A stretch of 64,000 nucleotides of DNA from Eledone cirrhosa (GCA_964016885.1 OZ024742.1:12400001-12464000), one strand, 5' to 3'; counted from the first letter of the stretch, positions 26,541-41,063 are shown. A program made the numbers and translations. Notes: generated by a model not told the origin, from the letters alone.

Positions 26541-27790
26541 ACTTGAAACGTAAGCAGGGAGGCAGAGGCCTAACATCAGTCCAGACAACATTTGAATGTC
26601 GCATCATATCCTTCTGACAACATCTACGAACCTCAAAGCATAGGAGCCCGTCTCTCGAGCAAGTCTATCTGAATGAAACAGATAAGATCATGAAAGTTGG
26701 GAAGGAACTCTTCGAGAGGTATTCCCTGTGTGGTAATCAAATGCTCACACCCAGGGACGTTGCTCAGCAATATCGCAGTGAATCCATGGATGAAAAACTG
26801 CATTCTTATCAGCAAAAAATCATGCATGGATATGTTGCCAGGAAGCTCCAGAGTGAGAGTAATATAGATAAGGAAAGTAGTCTATCTTGGACCAACAACC
26901 GCTATATTGACTCCCACTTTGAAGGATACGCTTTTGCAATCCAAGAACAGGAAATCAACACGAAATACCTGATTCACAAAAGAGATAGGGATGCATGCAA
27001 AACAACTAGATGTGATAACAAGTGCAGACTCTGCAGAATTAACATCGAAGATGTCACCCATGTCATAAGCAGCTGTCCAAATATGTCATCGCGGTACTAT
27101 CAACATATGAGGCATGATGTAGTGGCCAAAACACTGTACAATGCAATCCGTAGAAAAGATAACCCCGATAATAAACACATTAAAAGCTACAGCAATGTTG
27201 AAGACATACATATACAAAATATGAAAGAGTACTGGTGGAATGTTCCAGTAAAAACCCCAATAAAATGCAGGCATAACATACCAGATATTATGATATGGGA
27301 CAGGGAGAAGAAAGCATGCACAGTAGTGGAAGTTAGCTGCCCAGCAGATGCCAATATAATATTAAAGATTAGCGAAAAGGAGAATATTTATGCAGAACTG
27401 ATGAGAAATCTGCAGACACTACACCCTGATTATACCTTCAGATTTATGCCTGTGATTATTTGGGCACTGGGGTATGTTAGTAACTGCCTCAATACAAATC
27501 TTGAGAATCTGGGCTTCACGGGAACAGAAAGAACACAACTAGTTAGGAAATTACAAGTACAATCCATGTACAGATACAAAGCATATACACATGCAAATAT
27601 ACAACTAAAAAAAAAACATCCACACATACAATAACATCCATATCTACACATGCATGCATGCAGAGATACATATCTACCTAGTTGATATTGTGTAAATTCC
27701 AATGAGAGAGACTTGTGTCTATGTTAGAAGCCGACTCTCTCTCTATTGGCAAAAAATTGTGAAATTATATAAATCAGAAAAACATACATA
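26541..27790 (+). mobile_element. R4/Dong-like RLE non-LTR retrotransposon, 5'-truncated
   Basis: GGRGL (26558), AIQEQEI.TK, CRLC..EDVTHVISSC, RHD, PDIMIW, VVEVSCP, KE..Y..L restriction-like endonuclease motifs; flanked by (CATA)n. Confidence 0.85.
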
Positions 27791-27794
27791 CATA

Positions 27795-28124
27795 CATGGT
27801 GGCTACCAACTCGTTTTCGAGTACAGCCACTACTTTATATCCATGTAGGAGAACCCCTACCGATGCGCTGAACGAGTGTGACTCTTTAGTCCAGCCAGCG
27901 ACTTGAAAACTCTGGTACAAACACTACACTTGCGACAATTATTGACACATAGTGCTGGGCAGATGGTACCATGTGACGACAAGTGCAGAGAGATCTCCAG
28001 ATATAAAGCAATGCCTGTGCCGTGAAGCTTTTATAGTGAGCAAAGGCACTGCACAAAGCCAGTCCCACTCTCTTAACCAAGATGATATTTACCAAAAAGA
28101 AGAACAAGTCAACATCATTGGATA
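27795..28124 (-). mobile_element. Non-autonomous RTE-derived element, copy 2 (5' truncated)
   Basis: Near-identical direct repeat of 26095-26424. Confidence 0.75.
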
Positions 28125-28285
28125 CGCTCATACACACATACATACATACACAAACACACATATACATACATACATACATGATGGCTGCCCCCTTGTTATC
28201 GAGTATGGCCATTTCACGAGGAGAAAGAAAAAAAAAATAATAATAATAATAAATAAATAAAAATAAAATAAAAATAAAAAAAAAG

Positions 28286-28328
<43 letters not shown>

Positions 28329-28521
28329 CATACATATATACACACACATACTCACACACACATACACACACATACATTAATAACAATAATAATAATAATA
28401 ATAATAACAACAATAATAATAACGACAACAACAATAATAATATACATATACATATATATATAAACACACACGCACACACATAAACATACCTATACACACA
28501 CACACACACACACGATAGCAA

Positions 28522-29036
28522 CTAACAGCGCTGCGATCGAATGTGGCTTTTTAGCCCAGCCAATGATCTAAAATGTCTTGCACAGAGTCGGCAACCAAAA
28601 CATTCACTGGGAATAGTCGGCTGTTGTTGGAGTTCGTGTACTTTTGCATGTCGCTTGAGCCCTCCTGCTGATTTACATTCTCTACCACATGTTTGGCAAG
28701 CATGATGAGTAGCATCTCCAACAGCAGCCTGGTAGTCAACCACTGGTCTTACTTTATGACTGCGAAGATGACTTTCGAGTCCAGCTTTGCTTAGGCAGAG
28801 TCTCGCATATACGCTGCATGTCAGCACCATAAGAGGACCCTCGCCGTCTGTAAATGCAACAGCAATGCCCTTCCTCACATCCCGCTTTACTTTCTCGTAT
28901 GCGATTCGAGATGCCTCAAAGGCAACTTTTCCCTCATATACAGTCTTTCTCCATTTATTACGATCAGCAGCAATATTCTCCCATGTATCAGCAGAGATGT
29001 TAGCGTCTTTCAGAGAGACTTTCAAGGAATCCTTAT
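28522..29036 (-). mobile_element. RTE/BovB-type LINE ORF C-terminus with three C2H2-like zinc fingers
   Basis: YKDSLK...TWENIAADRNKWR (RTE C-terminal motif), then CSVYARLC..GLESHLRSH, CQTCGREC..GGLKRHAKVH and CRLCARHFRSLAGLKSHIRS; a probable 3' end remnant lies at 28176-28220. Confidence 0.8.
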
Positions 29037-29858
29037 ACATACATACATACATACATACATACATACATACATACATACATACATACATACATACATACCC
29101 AGAGAGATACAGTTACAGGATAACTTATTAGTTTCACGCGTGCAAGGAAAGCAATAAAAATATATCAAAGTATTGAATGTTAATCCTTCATCAGGGAAGA
29201 GAATTGTTTGGAAAAAGAACGTCTTGAAAGTTGGACAATGATATCAACAGATTTATCAGAATGCATGAGGTATAGAATATATACTAATGTGTTACAACTC
29301 TTGAACTCTCTAGCAGAAGATATTGAATATGTTTGCCTAAGGAATTCTATAAGACTTGAAATGTTGTTCCCTGTTAGGTTTTATACTCGAAATCGATGCA
29401 TTCATCATGCTAGGATTGTGTTCTTTCTTGTATGATTGTTGATTGTATATATATATATATATATATATATCCACCCCCTGACCCCTCTCCTTCCACACGG
29501 ACATACCGTCTTACACACCACCCCACGCACACACCTTTTCCTGAACATGGAACCTCGTTCTTCCTCTCACATACACACGCACACACACTCACGTACACCT
29601 ACACACATACACACGCACACACACTCACGTACACCTACACACATACACAAACACCAGCCTCCCTCTCCCCCCCGCCTCCCTCTCCCAACTCCACCCGCCA
29701 CCACCCTTACACGCCTCACACCCTTCCACCACTTGTTCATCTTATTGTTTATTCTTATGTTTATTTTTACGTTTATTTTTATTTATATTTGTTCTCCTTC
29801 CCCCTTTTTTCTAAATGTATTTCCACACACCCTCGGAACTCTCTTCCTAACCTATTTA

Positions 29859-29908
29859 CTCCTGAAGAAGGGCTTATGCCCGAAACGCCCCCCCCCCACT
29901 CTCAAGAG
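29859..29908 (+). ncRNA. Hammerhead-like motif, stem III disrupted by poly-C
   Basis: CTC-CTGAAGA-A-GGGC TTAT GCCC-GAAA-CG...; followed by AATAAA and (TA)n. Confidence 0.55.
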
Positions 29909-29985
29909 CATGAACCTAATAAACCTTTATTTGTCTGCCTCTCTGTTTTGTTCCCGTCTAAATTTGCACTATATATATATATATA

Positions 29986-30020
<35 letters not shown>

Positions 30021-30145
30021 CAAAAAACATTATATACGTATGTTTGTATGTATATATATATATACATATATATATGTGATATATGTGTGTGTGTGTGTTG
30101 AGAGAGAGAGGGGGGGCATACATACACACAGATGCTGACGACGAA

Positions 30146-30181
<36 letters not shown>

Positions 30182-30411
30182 GAAATTCATCAATCTTTCA
30201 ATCGAATATATCCATCCCAGTACAGTATCGATATCAGTAGAAGCCAAATAACAATCAAGGCAATCAAACTCTATGGTGAAACTTTAACAAGATCATATAT
30301 CGCATTAATAATCACGATAAACCGTAAGGTTTAGCAATTGGTGCACATTTGAAGGTTTTTGTCTGTGTCTAGTTTCTGGGTTGTCAGTGAGGGTAGAATA
30401 TCTTCTTGATA

Positions 30412-33400
30412 TCTATATATTAATACACTTCTTCTTCCGTACCTTACGTCAGACTGTGTCACACTCTCCGTAATCTATATATTAATACACTTCTACCTAC
30501 GTACCGTACATCAGACTGTGTGTGTCACACTCTCCGTAATCTATATATTAATACACTTCTACCTCCGTACCGTACGTCAGACTGTGTGTGTCACACTCTC
30601 CGTAATATATATATTAATACACTTCTACCTACGTACCGTACGTCAGACTGTGTGTGTCACACTCTCCGTAATCTATATATTAATACACTTCTACCTCCGT
30701 ACCGTACGTCAGACTGTGTGTGTCACACTCTCCGTAATATATATATTGATACGCTTCTACCTACGTACCGTACGTCAGAATGTGTGTGTCACACTCTCCG
30801 TAATCTATATATTAATACACTTCTACCTACGTACCGTACGTCAGACTGTGTGTGTCACACTCTCCGTAATCTATATATTAATACACTTCTACCCCCGTAC
30901 CGTACGTCAGACTGTGTGTGTCACACACTCCGTAATCTTAATTATAATACACTTCTACCTACGTACCGTACATCAGACTGTGTGTGTCACACTCTCCGTA
31001 ATCTATATATTAATACATTTCTACCTACGTACCGTACGTCAGACTGTGTGTGTCACACTCTCCGTAATCTATATATTAATAGACTTCTACCTACGTACCG
31101 TACATCAGACTGTGTGTGTCACACTCTCCGTAATTTATATATTAATAAACTTCTACCTACGTACCGTACGTCAGACTGTGTGTGTCACACTCTCGTAATC
31201 TATATATTAATACACTTCTACCTACGTACCGTACGTCCGACTGTGTGTGTCACACTCTCCGTAATCTATATATTAATACACTTCTACCTACGTACCGTAC
31301 ATCAGACTGTGTGTGTCACACTCTCCGTAATCTATATATTAATACACTTCTACCTCCGTATCGTACGTCCGACTGTGTGTGTCACACTCTACGTAATCTA
31401 TATATTAATACACTTCTACCTACGTACCGTACGTCCGACTGTGTGTGTCACACTCTCCGTAATCTATATATTAATACACTTCTACCTACGTACCGTACGT
31501 CAGACTGTGTGTGTCACACTCTCCGTAATCTATATATTAATACACTTCTACCTACGTACCGTACGTCAGACTGTGTGTGTCACACTCTCCGTAATCTATA
31601 TATTAATACACTTCTACCTACGTACCGTACGTCAGACTGTGTATGTCACACTCTCCGTAATCTATATATTAATACGCTTCTACCTACGTACCGTACGTCA
31701 GACTGTGTCACACTCGCCGTATTCTATATATTAATACACTTCTACCTACGTACCGTACGTCAGACTGTGTGTGTCACACTCTCCGTAATCTATATATTAA
31801 TACACTTCTACCTCCGTACCGTACGTCAGACTGCGTGTGTCACACTCTCCGTAATCTATATATTAATACACTTCTACCTACGTACCGTACGTCAGACTGT
31901 GTGTGTCACACTCTCCGTAATCTATATATTAATACACTTCTACCTACGTACCGTACGTCAGACTCTGTGTGTCACACTCTCCGTAATCTATATATTAATA
32001 CACTTCTACCTCCGTACCGTACGTCAGACTGTGTGTGTCACACTCTCCGTAATCTATATATTAATACACTTCTACCTCCGTACCGTACGTCAGACTGTGT
32101 GTGTCACACTCTCCGTAATATAAATATTAATACACTTCTACCTCCGTACCGTACGTCAGACTGTGTGTGTCACACTCTCCGTAATCTATATATTAATACA
32201 CTTCTACCTCCGTACCGTACGTCAGATTGTGTGTGTCACACTCTCCGTAATCTATATATTAATACACTTCTACCTCCGTACCGTACGTCAGACTGTGTGT
32301 GTCACACTCTCCGTAATCTATATATTAATACACTTCTACCTACGTACCGTACGTCAGACTGTGTATGTCAGACTCTCCGTAATATAAATATTAATACAAT
32401 TCTACTTCCGTACCGTACGTCAGACTGTGTGTGTCACACTCTCGTAATCTATATATTAATACACTTCTACCTAGGTACCGTACGTCAGACTGTGTGTGTC
32501 ACACACTCCGTAATCTATATATTAATACACTTCTACCTCCGTACCGTACGTCAGACTGTGTGTGTCACACTCTCCGTAATCTATATATTAATACACTTCT
32601 ACCTACGTACCGTACGTCAGACTGTGTGTGTCACACACTCCGTAATCTATATATTAATACACTTCTACCTCCGTACCGTACGTCAGACTGTGTGTGTCAC
32701 ACTCTCCGTAATCTATATATTAATACACTTCTACCTCCGTACTGTACGTCAGACTGTGTCACACTCTCCGTATTCTATATATTAATACACTTCTTCCTAC
32801 GTACCATACGTCAGACTGTGTGTGTCACACTCTCCGTAATCTATATATTAATACACTTCTACCTCCGTACCATACGTCAGACTGTGTATGTCAGACTCTC
32901 CGTAATATAAATATTAATACACTTCTACCTCCGTACCGTACGTCAGACTGTGTGTGTCACACTCTCCGTAATCTATATATTAATACACTTCTACCTACGT
33001 ACCGTACGTCAGACTGCGTGTGTCACACTCTCCGTAATCTATATATTAATACACTTCTACCTACGTACCGTACGTCAGACTGTGTGTGTCACACTCTCCG
33101 TAATCTATATATTAATACACTTCTACCTCCGTACCATACGTCAGACTGTGTATGTCAGACTCTCCGTAATATAAATATTAATACACTTCTACCTCCGTAC
33201 CGTACGTCAGACTGTGTGTGTCACACTCTCCGTAATCTATATATTAATACACTTCTACCTACGTACCGTACGTCAGACTGTGTGTGTCACACTCTCCGTA
33301 ATCTATATATTAATACACTTCTACCTCCGTACCGTACGTCAGACTGTGTGTGTCACACTCTCCGTAATCTATATATTAATACACTTCTACCTCCGTACCG

Positions 33401-36400
33401 TACGTCAGACTGTGTGTGTCACACTCTCCGTAATCTATATATTAATACACTTCTACCTCCGTACCGTACGTCAGACTGTGTGTGTCACACTCTCCGTAAT
33501 CTATATATTAATACACTTCTACCTCCGTACCGTACGTCAGACTGTGTGTGTCACACCCTCCGTAATCTATATATTAATACACTTCTACCTACGTACCGTA
33601 CGTCAAACTGTGTGTGTCACACTCTCCGTAATCTATATATTAATACACTTCTACCTCCGTACCGTACGTCAGACTGTGTGTGTCACACTCTCCGTAATCT
33701 ATATATTAATACACTTCTACCTCCGTACCGTACGTCAGACTGTGTGTGTCACACTCTCCGTAATCTATATATTAATACACTTCTACCTACGTACCGTACG
33801 TCAGACTGTGTGTGTCACACTCTCCGTAATCTATATATTAATACACTTCTACCTACGTACCGTACGTCAGACTCTGTGTGTCACACTCTCCGTAATCTAT
33901 ATATTAATACACTTCTACCTCCGTACCGTACGTCAGACTGTGTGTGTCACACTCTCCGTAATCTATATATTAATACCCTTCTACCTACGTACCGTACGTC
34001 AGACTGTGTGTGTCACACCCTCCGTAATCTATATATTAATACACTTCTACCTACGTACCGTACGTCAGACTGTGTGTGTCACACTCTCCGTAATCTATAT
34101 ATTAATACACTTCTACCTCCGTACCGTACGTCAGACTGTGTGTGTCACACTCTCCGTAATCTATATATTAATACACTTCTACCTACGTACCGTACGTCAG
34201 ACTGCGTGTGTCACACTCTCCGTAATCTATATATTAATACACTTCTACCTACGTACCGTACGTCAGACTGTGTGTGTCACACTCTCCGTAATCTATATAT
34301 TAATACACTTCTACCTCCGTACCGTACGTCAGACTGTGTGTGTCACACTCTCCGTAATCTATATATTAATACACTTCTACCTCCGTACCGTACGTCAGAC
34401 TGTGTGTGTCACACTCTCCGTAATCTATATATTAATACACTTCTACCTCCGTACCGTACGTCAGACTGTGTGTGTCACACTCTCCCTAATGTATATATTA
34501 ATACACTTCTACCTACGTACCGTACGTCAGACTGTGTGTGTCACACTCTCCGTAATCTATATATTAATACCCTTCTACCTACGTACCGTAGGTCAGACTG
34601 TGTGTGTCACACTCTCCGTAATATATATATTAATACACTTCTACCTCCGTACCGTACGTCAGACTGTGTGTGTCACACTCTCCGTAATCTATATATTAAT
34701 ATACTTCTACCTCCGTACCGTACGTCAGACTGTGTCACATCCTCCGTAATCTATATATTAATACACTTCTACCTACGTACCGTACGTCAGACTGTGTGTG
34801 TCACACTCTCCGTAATCTATATATTAATACACTTCTACCTCCGTACCGTACGTCAGACTGTGTGTGTCACACTCTCCGTAATCTATATATTAATACACTT
34901 CTACCTACGTACCGTACGTCAGACTGTGTGTGTCACACTCTCCGTAATCTATATATTAATACGCTTCTACCAACGTACCGTACGTCAGACTGTGTGTCAC
35001 ACTCTTCGTAATCTATATATTAATACACTTCTACATACGTCCCGTACGTCAGACTGTGTGTGTCACACTCTCCGTAATATATATATTAATACACTTCTAC
35101 CTACGTACCGTACGTCAGACTCTGTGTGTCACACTCTCCGTAATCTATATATTAATACACTTCTACCTCCGTACCGTACGTCAGACTGTGTCACACTCTC
35201 CGTAATCTATATATTAATACCCTTCTACCTCCGTACCGTACGTCAGACTGTGTCACACTCTCCGTAATATAAATATTAATACACTTCTACCTCCGTACCG
35301 TACGTCAGACTGTGTGTGTCACACTCTCCGTAATCTATATATTAATACACTTCTACCTCCGTACCGTACGTCAGACTGTGTGTGTCACACTCTCCGTAAT
35401 CTATATATTAATACACTTCTACATACGTACCGTACGTCAGACTGTGTGTGTCACACACTCCGTAATCTATATATTAATACACTTCTACCTCCGTACCGTA
35501 CCTCAGACTGTGTGTGTCACACTCTCCGTAATCTATATATTAATACACTTCTACCTACGTACCGTACGTCAGACTGTGTGTGTCACACTCTCCGTAATCT
35601 ATATATTAATACACTTCTACCTACGTACCGTACGTCAGACTGTGTCACACTCTCCGTAATCTATATATTAATACACTTCTACCTACGTACCGTACGTCAG
35701 ACTGTGTCACACTCTCCGTAATCTATATATTAATACACTTCTACCTACGTACCGTACGTCAGACTGTGTGTGTCACACTCTCCGTAATCTATATATTAAT
35801 ACCCTTCTACCTCCGTACTGTACGTCAGACTGTGTCACACTCTCCGTAATCTATATATTAATACACTTCTACCTACGTACCGTACGTCAGACTGTGTGTG
35901 TCACACTCTCCGTAATCTATATATTAATACACTTCTACCTCCGTACCGTACGTCAGACTGTGTGTGTCACACTCTCCGTAATCTATATATTAATACACTT
36001 CTACCTCCGTACCGTACGTCAGACTGTGTGTGTCACACTCTCCGTAATCTATATATTAATACACTTCTACCTCCGTACCGTACGTCAGACTGTGTGTGTC
36101 ACACTCTCCGTAATCTATATATTAATACCCTTCTACCTACGTACCGTAGGTCAGACTGTGTGTGTCACACTCTCCGTAATATATATATTAATACACTTCT
36201 ACCTCCGTACCGTACGTCAGACTGTGTGTGTCACACTCTCCGTAATCTATATATTAATATACTTCTACCTCCGTACCGTACGTCAGACTGTGTCACATCC
36301 TCCGTAATCTATATATTAATACACTTCTACCTACGTACCGTACGTCAGACTGTGTGTGTCACACTCTCCGTAATCTATATATTAATACACTTCTACCTCC

Positions 36401-39400
36401 GTACCGTACGTCAGACTGTGTGTGTCACACTCTCCGTAATCTATATATTAATACACTTCTACCTATGTACCGTACGTCAGACTGTGTGTGTCACACTCTC
36501 CGTAATCTATATATTAATACGCTTCTACCAACGTACCGTACGTCAGACTGTGTGTCACACTCTTCGTAATCTATATATTAATACACTTCTACATACGTCC
36601 CGTACGTCAGACTGTGTGTGTCACACTCTCCGTAATATATATATTAATACACTTCTACCTACGTACCGTACGTCAGACTCTGTGTGTCACACTCTCCGTA
36701 ATCTATATATTAATACACTTCTACCTCCGTACCGTACGTCAGACTGTGTCACACTCTCCGTAATCTATATATTAATACCCTTCTACCTCCGTACCGTACG
36801 TCAGACTGTGTCACACTCTCCGTAATATAAATATTAATACACTTCTACCTCCGTACCGTACGTCAGACTGTGTGTGTCACACTCTCCGTAATCTATATAT
36901 TAATACACTTCTACCTCCGTACCGTACGTCAGACTGTGTGTGTCACACTCTCCGTAATCTATATATTAATACACTTCTACCTACGTACCGTACGTCAGAC
37001 TGTGTGTGTCACACTCTCCGTAATCTATATATTAATACACTTCTACATACGTACCGTACGTCAGACTGTGTGTGTCACACACTCCGTAATCTATATATTA
37101 ATACACTTCTACCTCCGTACCGTACCTCAGACTGTGTGTGTCACACTCTCCGTAATCTATATATTAATACACTTCTACCTACGTACCGTACGTCAGACTG
37201 TGTGTGTCACACTCTCCGTAATCTATATACTAATACACTTCTACCTACGTACCGTACGTCAGACTGTGTCACACTCTCCGTAATCTATATATTAATACAC
37301 TTCTACCTACGTACCGTACGTCAGACTGTGTCACACTCTCCGTAATCTATATATTAATACACTTCTACCTACGTACCGTACGTCAGACTGTGTGTGTCAC
37401 ACTCTCCGTAATCTATATATTAATACCCTTCTACCTCCGTACTGTACGTCAGACTGTGTCACACTCTCCGTAATCTATATATTAATACACTTCTACCTAC
37501 GTACCGTACGTCAGACTGTGTGTGTCACACTCTCCGTAATCTATATATTAATACGCTTCTACCTACGTACCGTACGTCAGACTGTGTCACACTCTCCGTA
37601 ATCAATATATTAATACACTTCTACCTACGTACCGTACGTCAGACTGTGTGTGTCACACTCTCCGTAATCTATATATTAATACACTTCTACCTCCGTACCG
37701 TACGTCAGACTGTGTGTGTCACACTCTCCGTAATCTATATATTAATACGCTTCTACCTACGTACCGTACGTCAGACTGTGTCACACTCTCCGTAATCTAT
37801 ATATTAATACACTTCTACCTACGTACCGTACGTCAGACTGTGTGTGTCACACTCTCCGTAATCTATATATTAATACACTTCTACCTACGTACCGTACGTC
37901 AGACTGTGTGTGTCACACACTCCGTAATCTATATATTAATACACTTCTACCTCCGTACCGTACCTCAGACTGTGTGTGTCACACTCTCCGTAATATAAAT
38001 ATTAATACACTTCTACCTACGTAGCGTACGTCAGACTGTGTGTGTCACACTCTCCGTAATCTATATATTAATACACTTCTACCTACGTACCGTACGTCAG
38101 ACTGTGTGTGTCGCACTCTCCGTAATCTATATATTAATACACTTCTACCTCCGTACCGTACGTCAGACAGTGTGTGTCACACTCTCCGTAATCTATATAT
38201 TAATACACTTCTACCTCCGTACCGTACGTCAGACTGTGTGTGTCACACTCTCCGTAATCTATATATTAATACACTTCTACCTCCGTACCGTACGTCAGAC
38301 TGTGTCACACTCTCCGTAATCTATATATTAATACACTTCTACCTCCGTACCGTACGTCAGACTGTGTGTGTCACACTCTCCGTAATCTATATATTAATAC
38401 ACTTCTACCTCCGTACCGTACGTCAGACTGTGTCACACTCTCCGTAATCTATATATTAATACACTTCTACCTCCGTACCGTACGTCAGACTGTGTCACAC
38501 TCTCCGTAATCTATATATTAATACACTTCTACCTCCGTACCGTACGTCAGACTGTGTGTGTCACACTCTCTGTAATCTATATATTAATACACTTCTCCCT
38601 CCGTACCGTACGTCAGACTGTGTGTGTCACACTCTCCGTAATCTATATATTAATACACTTCTACCTCCGTACCGTACCTCAGACTGTGTGTGTCACACTC
38701 TCCGTAATATAAATATTAATACACTTCTACCTACGTACCGTACGTCAGACTGTGTGTGTCACACTCTCCGTAATCTATATATTAATACACTTCTACCTCC
38801 GTACCGTACGTCAGACTGTGTGTGTCACACTCTCCGTAATCTATATATTAATACACTTCTACCTCCGTACCGTACGTCAGACTGTGTCACACTCTCCGTA
38901 ATCTATATATTAATACACTTCTACCTCCGTACCGTACGTCAGACTCTGTGTGTCACACTCTCCGTAATCTATATATTAATACACTTCTACCTCCGTACCG
39001 TACGTCAGACTGTGTGTGTCACACTCTCTGTAATCTATATATTAATACACTTCTACCTCCGTACCGTACGTCAGACTGTGTGTGTCACACTCTCCGTAAT
39101 CTATATATTAATACCCTTCTACCTCCGTACCGTACGTCAGACTGTGTGTGTCACACTCTCTGTAATCTATATATTAATACACTTCTACCTCCGTACCGTA
39201 CGTCAGACTGTGTGTGTCACACTCTCTGTAATCTATATATTAATACACTTCTACCTCCGTACCGTACGTCAGACTCTGTGTGTCACACTCTCCGTAATCT
39301 ATATATGAATACACTTCTACCTCCGTACCGTACGTCAGACTGTGTGTGTCACACTCTCCGTAATCTATATATTAATACACTTCTACCTCCGTACCGTACG

Positions 39401-39420
39401 TCCGTGTGTCTCACACTTTC
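30412..39420. repeat. 66-bp satellite array (~9 kb, roughly 137 units, with 62-bp deletion variants)
   Basis: Unit ATCTATATATTAATACACTTCTACCT(A/C)CGTACCGTACGTCAGACTGTGTGTGTCACACTCTCCGTA. Confidence 0.98.
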
Positions 39421-39792
39421 AGTAATTACATAGTAATTTCTCTAGAGAACAGCAAAGAAATGCCATAATTGAAGAACAGCCTTTGAGCCAGGGCCATGAA
39501 GTGTGAGAGTTAAAGTGATACCTCAAAACCAATCCACCCATGGCCACAGAAGGGAATCACCTTTACTAGAAACATTGTATATAGGGAAGTGCTTTAAAGG
39601 ATGTTTTTCACGTGTACTTTTATGAAATTAATTTTAAATAAACTTACATTATTACACATAAAATAAAGGAAAATATAATCGTTTATTCACCAAAATACCT
39701 CAAATCAAGCAACTTTGATTAACTGATAAATATTCATTGGACAATATTTAAATGTCAAAATTATCCGTGAATTTTTCCACGGATCCAGCTAG
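30412..39792 (+). mobile_element. Non-autonomous Helitron whose 5' end is amplified into a satellite
   Basis: Begins A^TCTATATATTAAT; ends with hairpin ATCCGTG-AATTTTTC-CACGGAT (39763-39784), CCAG, CTAG^T; no TSD seen. Confidence 0.7.
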
Positions 39793-40104
39793 TATGTCTA
39801 ATTATTATATAAATAAGCTGAAATAACAGACTGTTTGATGTTTCAGGTGGCTCTCTTCCTGTAATCTCAGTAATCCCCTCTCATTAGTTAGGAAAGATCA
39901 TTTAGTTCATTAATCTTTGATATCAGACATTTAGAATTACCGTTCAATATTTATATTATCTGATTGATAATCCTATTATAGAGATAAAGAATAAAAATAT
40001 CCTGGACAAATGAAGAAGACCGGTTTCAATGTTCATTAGTAACCATCTGGACTTATTTGTGTGTTTGTAAAGAGCAGCAGGGGACCGAGCTAACCCCGCC
40101 CCTC

Positions 40105-40535
40105 CATACCATTTTAAACCTTAATAAAGAAGACTTGAGAACTTGGTCCTCTAGTTACCACCATACCACTTTAAACCTTGATAAAGAAGACTTGATATAA
40201 AGAGGTTATGGTCCTCTAGTTACCACTATACCACTTAAACCTTGATAAAGAAGACTTGAGAACTTGTTCCACTAGTTATTACCATACCACTTTAAACCTT
40301 GATAAAGATGACTTGATATAAAGAGGTTCTGGTTCTCTAGTTACTACCATACCACTTTAAACTGTGATAAAGCTAACTTGATATAAATAGGTTATGGTCC
40401 ACTAGTTACCACCATAGCATTTTAAACCTTCATAAAGAAGACTTGATATAAAGAGGTTATGGTCCTCTAGTTACCACCATACCACTTTAAACCTTGATAA
40501 AGCAGACTTGATATAAAGAGTTACCACTATACCAA
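40105..40535. repeat. Minisatellite, ~55-65 bp unit
   Basis: CCATACCACTTTAAACCTTGATAAAGAAGACTTG...GGTCCTCTAGTTACCA, about 7 copies in two length variants. Confidence 0.9.
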
Positions 40536-40798
40536 TTTTATGGTATTGTAAGGCCGAATGTTTCCTTCCTTTTGTTATGCGAGAAAGTTGTGAATGGGGA
40601 GAGAGTTTGATGTTATCCTACAAGCATCATTAATTGTATTTAAACGTCTGTTCTTTGAGGGAATAAATACATTTAGTAGATGTGGACTGGGCTGTAAATT
40701 AGAATAAATTGCTGTCCACTAAACCACATATTAAATTGGGTTAAAATCGGATTTTGTGTTCCAATTAAACTGTTACTGGTTTTAGAATTTAGAATTGG

Positions 40799-41063
40799 CA
40801 TGATCGTCCTGTCTTCTCAACGCATGATCGTTCTAAACCTGTATTCTCGACATATGATCGTCATAAACCTGTCTTCTCGATATATGATCGTCATAAACCC
40901 ATCTTCTCGACATATGATCGTCATAAACCTGTCTTCTCGATATATGATCGTCATAAACCCATCTTCTCGACATATGATCGTCATAAACCTGTCTTCTCAA
41001 CATATGATCATCACAAACCCACCTTCTCAACATATGATCATCATAAACCTGTCTTCTCGATAT
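40799..41063. repeat. 30-bp minisatellite
   Basis: ATATGATCGTCATAAACC(TG/CA)TCTTCTCGA(C/T), about 9 copies. Confidence 0.9.

Noticed and set aside
26095-28124. LTR retrotransposon (direct repeats flanking an ORF)
   Set aside because: The repeats lack TG..CA ends, PBS and PPT, and are on the opposite strand with an (ATGT)n tail; the interior is an RLE non-LTR fragment
29130-29200. Minus-strand CTGATGA...GAAA as a hammerhead
   Set aside because: Could not pair stems I and II convincingly
30412-39420. CRISPR array
   Set aside because: No unique spacers and no cas genes; eukaryotic satellite
30518-39433. Long ORFs (up to 815 aa) of CHTLRNLYINTLLPPYRTSDCV repeats as a repeat protein
   Set aside because: The 66-bp unit is a multiple of 3 and open in two frames; frequent 4-bp deletions shift the frame freely
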